Shown: piece by piece, positions 1 to 8,439 of the stretch
Numbering within the stretch: position 1 is the first letter of the stretch
Layout of the letters: every line of letters starts with the position of its first letter
Assembly (NCBI GenBank): GCA_036513415.1
Contig: DATBZA010000137.1
Coordinates: 17,593 to 81,592 of the forward strand
DNA: 64,000 bases
Reading direction: 5' to 3'
Source of the DNA: Myxococcales bacterium
GTDB lineage: Bacteria; Myxococcota; Myxococcia; Myxococcales; 40CM-4-68-19
Made by a program: the position numbers and the translations under genes
Notes under the pieces: generated by a model
Databases searched by the model: none
Told to the model about the DNA's origin: nothing
Seen by the model: the letters and a program-made list of their open reading frames with translations, nothing else

Positions 1-477
<477 letters not shown>

Positions 478-517
478 GCCCGGCGCGAATTCCGCGGGCG
501 GGTTACAATTCCCGCTG

Positions 518-1084
518 GTGTTGACGGAGTTCGCCAAGCAGCGCCTCTGGGGCGTGTACGTGGCCGAGATCGCGCGCTGCCGCAAGCGCGTTGACGAGCT
601 GCGGGACAAGTACCCGAGCGCGAGCGCGCAGGAGCTGGCGCAGCGGCTCACGGACACCAAGAAGACCTGGGCATCGACGGGCGGGGCCGTCTCGGGCCTC
701 TTCGGGCTGGCGCTGGTGCCGGCGGACCTCGTCTTCGTCACCGTGCTGCAGCTCACGCTGATCATGGAGGTCGCGCTGGTGCACAGGGTGAACCTCAAGT
801 CCGACCGCGCGCGGGACGAAGTGTTCGAGGTGCTCGGGTACTCGAACGGCGCGGACACCGTGAACCTGGCTGGGCGGGCGGGACCGAAGGTGCTGGCGAG
901 GGTGGCCGAGAAGGTGCTGACCAAGCGCGGCCTGGCCCAGCTCGGCCGCGTGGTCCCCATCCTCGCCTCGCCGGTGGTCGCCTACCTCAACAATCGCGAC
1001 CTGCAGCGCGCCGGGCTAGCGGCGGTGCGTTTCTACGGAACCATCCGCCAGCTCCCCAGGCGGCGCCCGGTTTCGGCCGTCTAA
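518..1084 (+). CDS. Hypothetical protein with hydrophobic central segment (possibly EcsC-like)
   Basis: 188-aa ORF with TTG start and protein-like composition, unlike the overlapping frames. Family guess is from memory only. Confidence 0.6.
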   Translation: MLTEFAKQRLWGVYVAEIARCRKRVDELRDKYPSASAQELAQRLTDTKKTWASTGGAVSGLFGLALVPADLVFVTVLQLTLIMEVALVHRVNLKSDRARDEVFEVLGYSNGADTVNLAGRAGPKVLARVAEKVLTKRGLAQLGRVVPILASPVVAYLNNRDLQRAGLAAVRFYGTIRQLPRRRPVSAV

Positions 1085-1130
1085 AACGCATCTCAAAACC
1101 GGGCTCGCGATGAACCGCGCTCAAGAGTAG

Positions 1131-1943
1131 CTACTTCGACTTGACGTTCGCGTCCAAGAACTTCAGCGTCTTGTCCCAGGCGTCCTTCGCTGCCTCGGGG
1201 TTGTAGCGGCCTCCCGAAGGATTCGCGAACGCGTGGTCGGCGTCGTAGGAGTGGAACTCGTGCTTCACCCCCGCCTCCGTCAGGGCCTGATCGAAGGCCG
1301 CAACCTTTTCGGGCGTGAACGAGCGGTCCCTCTTTGCCCAGATCCCCAGCACTGGTCCGCGCAGCGTCTTGAGCCTGGCCACGTCCGTGATCGGCATGCC
1401 GTAGTACATGATGGTGAAGCGGACGTCCTTGGGATCGTTCAGGGAGGCCTTGAGCGATTCGCCGCCTCCCATGCACCAGCCGATGGTGCCGACCTTGGCG
1501 CCGGAGGCGTTCTTCTTCAACCACTCGAGTCCGGCCTCCTCCACCTGGTCGCCCCATGTCTCGTCCTTCGCCTTCATCAGCTCGACCGCCTCGGCGGGGG
1601 TGGCCGCGACTTTCCCCTTGTAGAGGTCGACCGCCAGCGCGAGGTAGCCCTCCTTGGCGAGCTGGTCTGCCTGGTGCTTGATCCAGTCGTTGAGCCCCCA
1701 GTACTCCTGGAGAACGAGCAACGCCCCGCGCGGCTTGCCCTTTGGCCGCGCCACGTAAGCCTCGGAAGGCTGTCCACCGGCCTGCAGTTTCGTCATGGTC
1801 CCCTCGGGCTTCGGCGCGTCGGGGTCCAACGAATGCGGCAGTTGGGACATGGGTACGGAAGCGTCCTTCCCGGATGCAGCTCCCGCGTCCGATTCGTGGA
1901 CGTGCGCCTGCGCCAGCAATGCTGCTGCAAGGAGGATGAGCAT
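1131..1943 (-). CDS. Secreted dienelactone hydrolase family protein
   Basis: Signal-like N-terminus MLILLAAALLAQA. GWCMGG nucleophile motif and DADHAF near the C-terminus. Starts 3 nt after the queC stop. Confidence 0.85.
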   Translation of the reverse strand: MLILLAAALLAQAHVHESDAGAASGKDASVPMSQLPHSLDPDAPKPEGTMTKLQAGGQPSEAYVARPKGKPRGALLVLQEYWGLNDWIKHQADQLAKEGYLALAVDLYKGKVAATPAEAVELMKAKDETWGDQVEEAGLEWLKKNASGAKVGTIGWCMGGGESLKASLNDPKDVRFTIMYYGMPITDVARLKTLRGPVLGIWAKRDRSFTPEKVAAFDQALTEAGVKHEFHSYDADHAFANPSGGRYNPEAAKDAWDKTLKFLDANVKSK

Positions 1944-1946
1944 GGT

Positions 1947-2624
1947 TCACCTCGGGGAGTAGACCGTCGGGTCCGGGACGCCTGCGTCGCGAAAGCCCTG
2001 TGCGCGCAGGCGACAGGAGTCGCAGCGGCCACACGCGCGGCCCTGCGCGTCAGGGTCGTAGCAGGAGTGCGTCAAGGCGTACGGCACGCCGAGCCTGACG
2101 CCGGTCTGGACGATCTGCGATTTGGTCATCCTCAGCAGGGGCGCGTGCACCCGGTACGTCGCGCGGCCCTCGACCGCGGCTGCGGTGGCGACGTTGGCCA
2201 GCTTCTCGAAGGCCTCGACGAACGCGGGGCGGCAATCCGGGTACCCGGAATAGTCGATGGCGTTGACACCGATGTAGAGATCCTGCGCGTCGATGGTCTC
2301 GGCGTACCCGAGCGCCAGCGCGAGCAGCACCGTGTTGCGGGCGGGCACGTATGTGACCGGGATGCCCTCGCCGATGGGAATGTCCTTGGGGACGTCGATG
2401 GGGCCGGTGAGGGCGGACCCGCCGATCGCTCGCAGATCCAGCGACACCACCTTGAGCGGCGTTCCCAGCGCGCGCGCGATCCGCTCGGCGGCGATGATCT
2501 CGTGCTCGTGCCGCTGGCCGTAGCGGACGGCCAGGCCGTGGGGAGCGAAGCCGTCGTGTTTGGCGATGGCGAGACAGGTGCTGGAATCGAGGCCTCCAGA
2601 AAACAGCACCACCGCGGCCCGCAT
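1947..2624 (-). CDS. queC: 7-cyano-7-deazaguanine synthase QueC
   Basis: [17 protein letters not shown]-loop and a C-terminal Cys cluster [13 protein letters not shown] at 2622-2624 chosen as start; it overlaps the upstream stop by 1 nt (TGATG). Confidence 0.92.
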   Translation of the reverse strand: MRAAVVLFSGGLDSSTCLAIAKHDGFAPHGLAVRYGQRHEHEIIAAERIARALGTPLKVVSLDLRAIGGSALTGPIDVPKDIPIGEGIPVTYVPARNTVLLALALGYAETIDAQDLYIGVNAIDYSGYPDCRPAFVEAFEKLANVATAAAVEGRATYRVHAPLLRMTKSQIVQTGVRLGVPYALTHSCYDPDAQGRACGRCDSCRLRAQGFRDAGVPDPTVYSPR

Positions 2625-3169
2625 CAGAACAGGGTCCCGTTGATCGAGTAGGTGACCGTGCACGGCAGGTTGCACGCGCAGCCCGGCCCTCCCGTCACGC
2701 CGTCAGCCAGGGTGCCGGTGATCCCGGTGATCGGTGGAAGACCCCCATCGGGCCGCAGCACGAACGGGCCGGCCGTGCGGAGATAGCCCTCGAACGTCTC
2801 CACGAGGGTGACCTCGCAGCCGCACGCCGTCGTCTGCCCTGCGGGATTGGCGAAGAGAAAACCGCCGTCGGCAAGCAGGTCGCTCGTGCGCGCCCCACCC
2901 TTGCCGGCAACCAGGAGATTCAGCTGCGTGCCGCCGTCCGGCCAGGTGCCGACACAGACCGTGGCGTTCTTGACGCCCGCGTCATCGAGCGTCAGCCGCA
3001 GCGGGCCGCCATCCGGGCCGCCGTCGAGGTGGATGCATTCGCCCGCGTCGTGGGAGCCAGTGAAGCCAAGCGCGTACTGCCCCACGATGCTGGTATTGGG
3101 GGGACACTGCAGGCCGGATTGCTCGAGGCAGGCGGCAGGCAGGAGCAACAGCAGGAGGAAGGCTCGCAT
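2624..3169 (-). CDS. Cys-rich putative lipoprotein, function unknown
   Basis: [14 protein letters not shown] lipobox-like signal followed by a G/T/C-rich mature part. Both ends show 1-nt TGATG coupling with neighbouring genes. Confidence 0.6.
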   Translation of the reverse strand: MRAFLLLLLLPAACLEQSGLQCPPNTSIVGQYALGFTGSHDAGECIHLDGGPDGGPLRLTLDDAGVKNATVCVGTWPDGGTQLNLLVAGKGGARTSDLLADGGFLFANPAGQTTACGCEVTLVETFEGYLRTAGPFVLRPDGGLPPITGITGTLADGVTGGPGCACNLPCTVTYSINGTLF

Positions 3170-3825
3170 CAGTTCGGGGCCGAGACGTTGAAGGCGGTTC
3201 GGGCCAGCGCAGCGGCGGCCGCCTGGGTGGCCAACTGCAGCCGCGGCTCGAGCTCCACTGCTTCCAGGACGCCCTGCCGCTCGCGCGGGTTGGCCAGCAG
3301 AGCGCCGGCCACGATGTCGGCGAGGTCCCCCGGATCGTTCGCCCGCGAGGCGAGCTGTGCCAGCGCCTGCGTCTCCTCGTTCCGCAGCGCAGCCGAGAGC
3401 GCGAGCACGAGCCGCTTCAGATCGCTGGCCATCTGGCCCGCGGCAGCGCTCGGACGCGAGCCGAGCGGGCTCGCGCGCACCAGCCGGTAGGGCTTTTCGC
3501 TCGCGTGCTCCTGCTCGATCAGCGCACGCTGCACGCCCCGGAGCACGATGTTGAAGCGCCCGTCCGGCAGCCGGTCCACCCGCGCCAGCACGCCGACGCC
3601 GATCACGGGCAGCACGCGAGGCGGGCGCTCACCGGCCGCCCGGTCGTCCGGGATGTTGGCCAAGGCGAGCGCGCGCAAGCCTCCGTCGCAGTCGCGCGTC
3701 ATCTGCCGGTAGCGGGGCTCGAACACGTGCAGCGGCACCAGCGCGTGCGGCAGCAGCACCGCGCCAGGCAGCGGAAAGATGGGAAGCCGTGGCAGTGCGC
3801 GCCGCACCCGCTCCGCGTCGTTCAT
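3169..3825 (-). CDS. LON substrate-binding (Lon N-terminal) domain protein
   Basis: LPIFPLPGAVLLPHALVPLHVFEPRYRQM is typical of the Lon N-domain. Start ATG at 3823-3825. The longer 380-aa ORF would overlap hppA, so I trimmed it. Confidence 0.8.
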   Translation of the reverse strand: MNDAERVRRALPRLPIFPLPGAVLLPHALVPLHVFEPRYRQMTRDCDGGLRALALANIPDDRAAGERPPRVLPVIGVGVLARVDRLPDGRFNIVLRGVQRALIEQEHASEKPYRLVRASPLGSRPSAAAGQMASDLKRLVLALSAALRNEETQALAQLASRANDPGDLADIVAGALLANPRERQGVLEAVELEPRLQLATQAAAAALARTAFNVSAPN

Positions 3826-3845
3826 GTTCCGGAGCCTACACCGTT

Positions 3846-6272
3846 TCAGGCGGCCTTGGCGGCGGCTTGTCCGGTGTGGGCCGCGCGGACGACCGTCTGG
3901 ATGCGCATCCCGTAGAAGCTGCGCCAGACGAACACCACCGACACGGCGAAGAAGATGGCGGCCAGCACCAGCCGGGTCCCGCTCTGCATCTCGGTCGCCA
4001 GCTCGACGGCGAGGAGGCCGAAGAGGGTGGTGAACTTGATGATGGGGTTCATCGCAACGCTGGAAGTGTCCTTGAACGGATCGCCGACCGTGTCGCCCAC
4101 CACGACTGCGGCGTGGAGCGGCGTTCCCTTCGCCTTCAGCTCCACTTCCACCACCTTCTTCGCGTTGTCCCAGGCGCCGCCGGCATTTGCCATGAAGATG
4201 GCCTGGTAGAGGCCGAAGATGGCGATCGAGATCAGATATCCGATGAAGAAGTAGCTCTCCAGGCAGGCGAAGGCGAGGGTGGAGAAGAAAACCACCAGGA
4301 AGATGTTCCACATGCCGCGCTGGGCGTACTGCGTGCAGATCTCCACCACCTTCTTGGAGTCGGCGATCGACGCCTTGGTGGCACCTTCCAGCTTGATGTT
4401 CGCCTTGATGAACTCCACCGCGCGGTATGCGCCGGTCGAGACCGCTTGAGTGGAAGCGCCGGTGAACCAGTAGATGACGGCCCCGCCGGTGATCAGGCCG
4501 AGGAGGAACGGCGCGTACAGGATGGTGAGGTATTGCATGTTCGCCCGCAGGCCATCGGTCAGCACCATGATGATGGAGAAGATCATGGTGGTGGCGCCAA
4601 CGACCGCGGTGCCGATCAGGACCGGCTTCGCCGTGGCCTTGAAGGTGTTCCCGGCCCCGTCGTTCTCCTCCAGGAAGTGCTTGGCCTTCTCGAAGGAGAT
4701 GTCGAAGCCGAAGTCGCGCTTCACCTCCGCCTGGATGCCGGGGAGCTGCTCGATGATGGAAAGCTCGTAGACCGACTGCGCGTTGTCGGTGACCGGCCCG
4801 TAGCTATCGACGGCGATGGTCACCGGGCCCATGCCCAGGAACCCGAAGGCCACCAAGCCGAAGGCGAAGACGGCCGGGGCCAGCATCAACTGTCCGAGGT
4901 CCTGGGTGGAGACGAGGAAGCCGATCCCCATCAGGGAGACGATGACGATTCCCATCCAGTACGCGCTGAAGTTGCCCGCCGTGAGCCCGGAAAGGACGTT
5001 GAGCGAGGCGCCTCCCTCGCGTGAAGCCGTGACCACCTCACGCACGTGGGCTGACTCCGTGGAGGTGAACACCTTCACCACCTCCGGGATGATGGCGCCG
5101 GCCAGCGTTCCCGCGGTGATGATCAAGGACAGCTTCCACCACATGCTGGTGTCGCCGCCGAGGTTGGGGATCAAGAGGTAGCTGACGACGAACGTGAGCG
5201 CCACCGACACCAGCGAGGTGAGCCACACCAGGAACGTGAGGGGCGCCTCGAAGTTCATCCGGTCGGCGTTCTCATACCGCGCGCGGGAGATGACCTCGTT
5301 GATCAGGTAGGACCCGACCGACGCGACGATCATCATGATGCGCATGGCGAAAATCCAGACCAGCAGCTGGACCTGCACCGCGGGCTCCCGGACCGCCAGC
5401 AGGATGAAGCTGATCAGCGCCACTCCAGTGACGCCGTAGGTCTCGAAGCCGTCGGCGGAGGGCCCGACCGAATCGCCCGCGTTGTCGCCGGTGCAGTCGG
5501 CGATCACGCCCGGGTTGCGCGCGTCGTCCTCCTTGATGTTGAAGACGATCTTCATCAGATCGCTGCCGATGTCCGCGATCTTGGTGAAGATGCCGCCCGC
5601 GATGCGCAGCGCTGAGGCGCCCAGCGACTCGCCGATGGCGAAGCCGATGAAGCAGGGTCCGGCGTAGTCCGCCGGCACGAAGAGCAGGATGCAGAGCATC
5701 ATCAGGAGCTCGATGCTGATCAGCATCGTGCCGATGGACATGCCCGCCTTGAGCGGAATGGCGTAGGTGAGGAAGGGCTTGCCCCGGAGTGCCGCGAAGG
5801 CGGTCCGGGAGTTGGCGAAGGTGTTCACCCGGATCCCGAACCAGGCCACGCCGTAGCTGCCACCGATCCCGAGCAGGCTGAAGACCACGATGGCGATCAC
5901 CTTCTCGGCCTCGAAGTGCCTGAGCCAGCCGAAATAGATGACCATGATCACGCCGATGAAACCTTCGAGGATGAGGATGAACTTGCCCTGCGTGATCAGG
6001 TACGTCTTGCAGGTCTCGTAGATCAGCTCCGAGACCTCGAGCATCGCCCGGTGCACCGGCAGCTTCTTGAGCTGGGCGAAGATGCGGATGCCGAAGGCGA
6101 GGCCCAGGGCGCAGACGACCAATCCGGCCAGGAGCAGGTTGCGGCCCGACATGCCGAGGAACTGGACGCTGGCGAGATCGGGGAGCACCAGCTTCGCTTC
6201 GTCGGCGCGGGCGGCGAGCGGAAGGGCGAGGACCGCGAGGGCGGGCAGGGCGCGGCGAATGATGTTCTGCAT
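3846..6272 (-). CDS. hppA: Membrane H+-translocating pyrophosphatase, probably K+-independent type
   Basis: About 16 TM helices. GDNAGD, DNVGD-like (GDTVGDPFKDT) and NAGGAWDNAKK motifs. GNTFKATAKP has Lys at the K+-dependence determinant. Start taken at MQNIIRR (6272). Confidence 0.95.
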   Translation of the reverse strand: MQNIIRRALPALAVLALPLAARADEAKLVLPDLASVQFLGMSGRNLLLAGLVVCALGLAFGIRIFAQLKKLPVHRAMLEVSELIYETCKTYLITQGKFILILEGFIGVIMVIYFGWLRHFEAEKVIAIVVFSLLGIGGSYGVAWFGIRVNTFANSRTAFAALRGKPFLTYAIPLKAGMSIGTMLISIELLMMLCILLFVPADYAGPCFIGFAIGESLGASALRIAGGIFTKIADIGSDLMKIVFNIKEDDARNPGVIADCTGDNAGDSVGPSADGFETYGVTGVALISFILLAVREPAVQVQLLVWIFAMRIMMIVASVGSYLINEVISRARYENADRMNFEAPLTFLVWLTSLVSVALTFVVSYLLIPNLGGDTSMWWKLSLIITAGTLAGAIIPEVVKVFTSTESAHVREVVTASREGGASLNVLSGLTAGNFSAYWMGIVIVSLMGIGFLVSTQDLGQLMLAPAVFAFGLVAFGFLGMGPVTIAVDSYGPVTDNAQSVYELSIIEQLPGIQAEVKRDFGFDISFEKAKHFLEENDGAGNTFKATAKPVLIGTAVVGATTMIFSIIMVLTDGLRANMQYLTILYAPFLLGLITGGAVIYWFTGASTQAVSTGAYRAVEFIKANIKLEGATKASIADSKKVVEICTQYAQRGMWNIFLVVFFSTLAFACLESYFFIGYLISIAIFGLYQAIFMANAGGAWDNAKKVVEVELKAKGTPLHAAVVVGDTVGDPFKDTSSVAMNPIIKFTTLFGLLAVELATEMQSGTRLVLAAIFFAVSVVFVWRSFYGMRIQTVVRAAHTGQAAAKAA

Positions 6273-6308
6273 GGGGCGCGGGGCTCCAACCAGAGCTTCG
6301 GGGCGCGG

Positions 6309-6337
6309 AAAATAGAGTGATCCGCTGCTCATGTAAA
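6309..6337 (-). promoter_or_regulatory. Candidate sigma70-type promoter of hppA (TTTACA-N17-TATTTT)
   Basis: Minus strand reads tttaca tgagcagcggatcactc tatttt, about 37 nt upstream of the hppA ATG. It sits in an AT-rich patch of a GC-rich genome. Confidence 0.35.
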
Positions 6338-6359
6338 GTCCGAATGGAACAATGCTGCC

Positions 6360-6437
6360 GATCAAACGCCGAGCACGCCGAGCACGCCGCGGTCGGGCTG
6401 TTTCACCTCGGTGCCCCGGCGTGCCTGGTGCTTGAAC
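6360..6437. repeat. Mini/degenerate copy of the GATCAAACGCCGAGCACGCCGAGCACGCCGAG inverted-repeat element
   Basis: Left end gatcaaacgccgagcacgccgagcacgccg is near-identical to the arms at 22833 and 41515. The right arm ctcggtgccccggcgtgcctggtgcttgaac is degenerate. Confidence 0.5.
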
Positions 6438-6447
6438 TGTCGACCGC

Positions 6448-7020
6448 TTATCTGCTGGCGGTGACGGTGGCGGCGGGGCTGCCTTCGCGCGAGAGGGCGG
6501 CGAAGTTGATGTTGGCGAAGCCGCTCTGGTTGCAGGCGAACATGATCCGCTTGATCACCTTGAAGGGGATCCGGCGGTCAGCCTGCACGTTGACCAGCCC
6601 GCGGAAGGGATGGTCCGGATCGTTCAGGTGGACGGCCTCGTACCTGCGCTTCTCGTCCCGGAGCGCCTCCTCGAGCTCGGGGACGTTGAGCGCGTCGCCT
6701 TTGTCGAGATCGCCCGTGTTCAGCAGCATCCGGCCGTCGAAGGTCACCGCCTCGGCGGAGACCGAGACCACGGGCGCACGCTCGAGCTGGGCTCCATGGT
6801 ACGCATCGGGAAGCCGGATGTCCTTGGACATGTAGAGCACTTCGCCGTTCGCGCTGAAGTTCATCAGCAGGAAGATGACGATGATGGTCATCACGTCGAC
6901 CAGCGAGGTGAGCGTGAGCGCCGCGTAGACGCCCCGCTTGGCCCGGGTGAACTTCTTGGCGAAGACCTTGCTCTGCGCGATCCGCTCGCAGGGACGCTTG
7001 CCCGGTGTGACGATGGCCAT
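6448..7020 (-). CDS. exbD: ExbD/TolR family biopolymer transport protein (long form)
   Basis: Single N-terminal TM with a conserved Asp (LTSLVDVMTIIVIFLL), followed by a periplasmic ExbD-like domain. Confidence 0.85.
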   Translation of the reverse strand: MAIVTPGKRPCERIAQSKVFAKKFTRAKRGVYAALTLTSLVDVMTIIVIFLLMNFSANGEVLYMSKDIRLPDAYHGAQLERAPVVSVSAEAVTFDGRMLLNTGDLDKGDALNVPELEEALRDEKRRYEAVHLNDPDHPFRGLVNVQADRRIPFKVIKRIMFACNQSGFANINFAALSREGSPAATVTASR

Positions 7021-7032
7021 GACCCGTCCCCC

Positions 7033-7497
7033 CTAGTTCGCCGGCGCAACGGTCACGTTGCGCAGCCGCTCGCCCATCGCCGTGTCGACGGTCTCCACCA
7101 GGTCCGAGTACGCGACCGCGTCCTCCGGCTGCACGGTGATGGCGTTCTGATCCGGCAGGCTCGTCTTCAACGTCTTCAGCTTCTCGCCTAGCGCCTTGCG
7201 GTCAAAGGCCCCGTTCAGCTTGGGGATGTCGATGCTCGCTCCCGCCATGGTGAGCTGGTAGCCCTTGTCGTTGAGCAGGAGCTTCACGTCGATGGTGCTC
7301 TCCTGCTTGCTCTGCTGCTCCGGCGGTCCTCCGCTGCTCGACACCTGAAGTCCCGCGATCTGCGTCCACACCGCGGTGATCAAGAGGAAGCTGATGCAGC
7401 AGGAGAGCAGGTCGATGAACGGCACGAGGTTCAGCTCGGCGTCGAGCGCCTTCTTTCCGCCTTTTCCGGTGTGTTCCTGCGGTGCCGCAGAAGCCAT
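7033..7497 (-). CDS. exbD: ExbD/TolR family biopolymer transport protein
   Basis: LNLVPFIDLLSCCISFLLI TM helix with a conserved Asp. Size is right for the family (154 aa). Confidence 0.88.
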   Translation of the reverse strand: MASAAPQEHTGKGGKKALDAELNLVPFIDLLSCCISFLLITAVWTQIAGLQVSSSGGPPEQQSKQESTIDVKLLLNDKGYQLTMAGASIDIPKLNGAFDRKALGEKLKTLKTSLPDQNAITVQPEDAVAYSDLVETVDTAMGERLRNVTVAPAN

Positions 7498-7531
7498 GTC
7501 GATCTCCCTCCCCGCTCCGGTGCCCGCGCGC

Positions 7532-8203
7532 CTACTGCTGGGGGAGGTTGGCCGGGATCCGCATCTTGTCCTTGTTGGCGACGATCAGGTTCAGCACGCC
7601 GACCGACGTCTCGTTGATGTCGTCGATCATGTGTTGCGTGCGGCCCTGCAGGAGCGAGAACGCCACCAGGGCCGGGATCGCCACGATCAGGCCGAAGGCA
7701 GTGCAGTTCATCGCTTCCGCGATGCCGTCAGACAGGACCCGCGCCTTCTCGGACGCATCCACTCCCGCCACGCCGGCGAAGCACTGGATGAGGCCGATGA
7801 TGGTGCCGAGCAGGCCGACCAGGGTGGCGACGTTGCCGATCATCGCCAGGTAGCCGGTGCGCTTCTCGATCCGCGGCATCTCGCGGAGGGAGGCCTCGTC
7901 CATCGCGGCCTGCACCTCGTCCTCGCCCTTGGGGACGTTGATCAGGCCCGCCTTCACGATGTTGGTGAGCGGCGTCGCCTTCTGGCCGGCGGTGTAGCTG
8001 ATCGCCTTGTCCAGATCGCCGTTGAAGATGTGGGTCTTCAGCCCGCGCAGGAACTGTTCCTTGTCCACGCTGGCGGAGAAGAAGAGGACCTGGATGCGGT
8101 CGATGACGACTGCGATCGCGAACACCAGGCAGATCGCGATCGGGTACATGCCGAAGCCGCCGCCCTTCCAGTGCTGCGCGACCGTCTCGAAAATCGGGCT
8201 CAT
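7532..8203 (-). CDS. exbB: MotA/TolQ/ExbB proton-channel protein
   Basis: Three TM helices. The C-terminal half GNVATLVGLLGTIIGLI...AEAMNCTAFGLIVAIPA is typical of ExbB/TolQ. Confidence 0.9.
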   Translation of the reverse strand: MSPIFETVAQHWKGGGFGMYPIAICLVFAIAVVIDRIQVLFFSASVDKEQFLRGLKTHIFNGDLDKAISYTAGQKATPLTNIVKAGLINVPKGEDEVQAAMDEASLREMPRIEKRTGYLAMIGNVATLVGLLGTIIGLIQCFAGVAGVDASEKARVLSDGIAEAMNCTAFGLIVAIPALVAFSLLQGRTQHMIDDINETSVGVLNLIVANKDKMRIPANLPQQ

Positions 8204-8439
8204 TTTGTTTTCGTCCTCTGCCGAAAAGAGTTCAAAACCAACCTTGGCGGACGGGTGCCGCCCCCCTCCCGCCCAGCCTCACCCGAGCCACCCTGGCCCG
8301 CCCGAGCAATCTGGGTGCCGCTCTCCGAATCGGCAATCGGGCGCCTGCTCCCGCTCCCCCGCGTGGTTCGTGCGGAACGGCGGTAGCAGGGACCGGGCCA
8401 GCCGCCGCCGTTTGCGCTGTGTTAGGGTTCGGCGTTCCG

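Noticed and set aside
3826-4311. N-terminal extension of the Lon-N-domain ORF (380-aa version)
   Set aside because: The extension overlaps the 3' end of hppA in another frame and is His/Arg/Pro-rich. Homology begins at MNDAERV.
8204-8439. Possible sigma-54 promoter (GGCAC-N5-GC) upstream of exbB
   Set aside because: The minus strand reads cGGCACccgtccGCC, which lacks the conserved TGGCAC/TTGC bases. Too weak to call.
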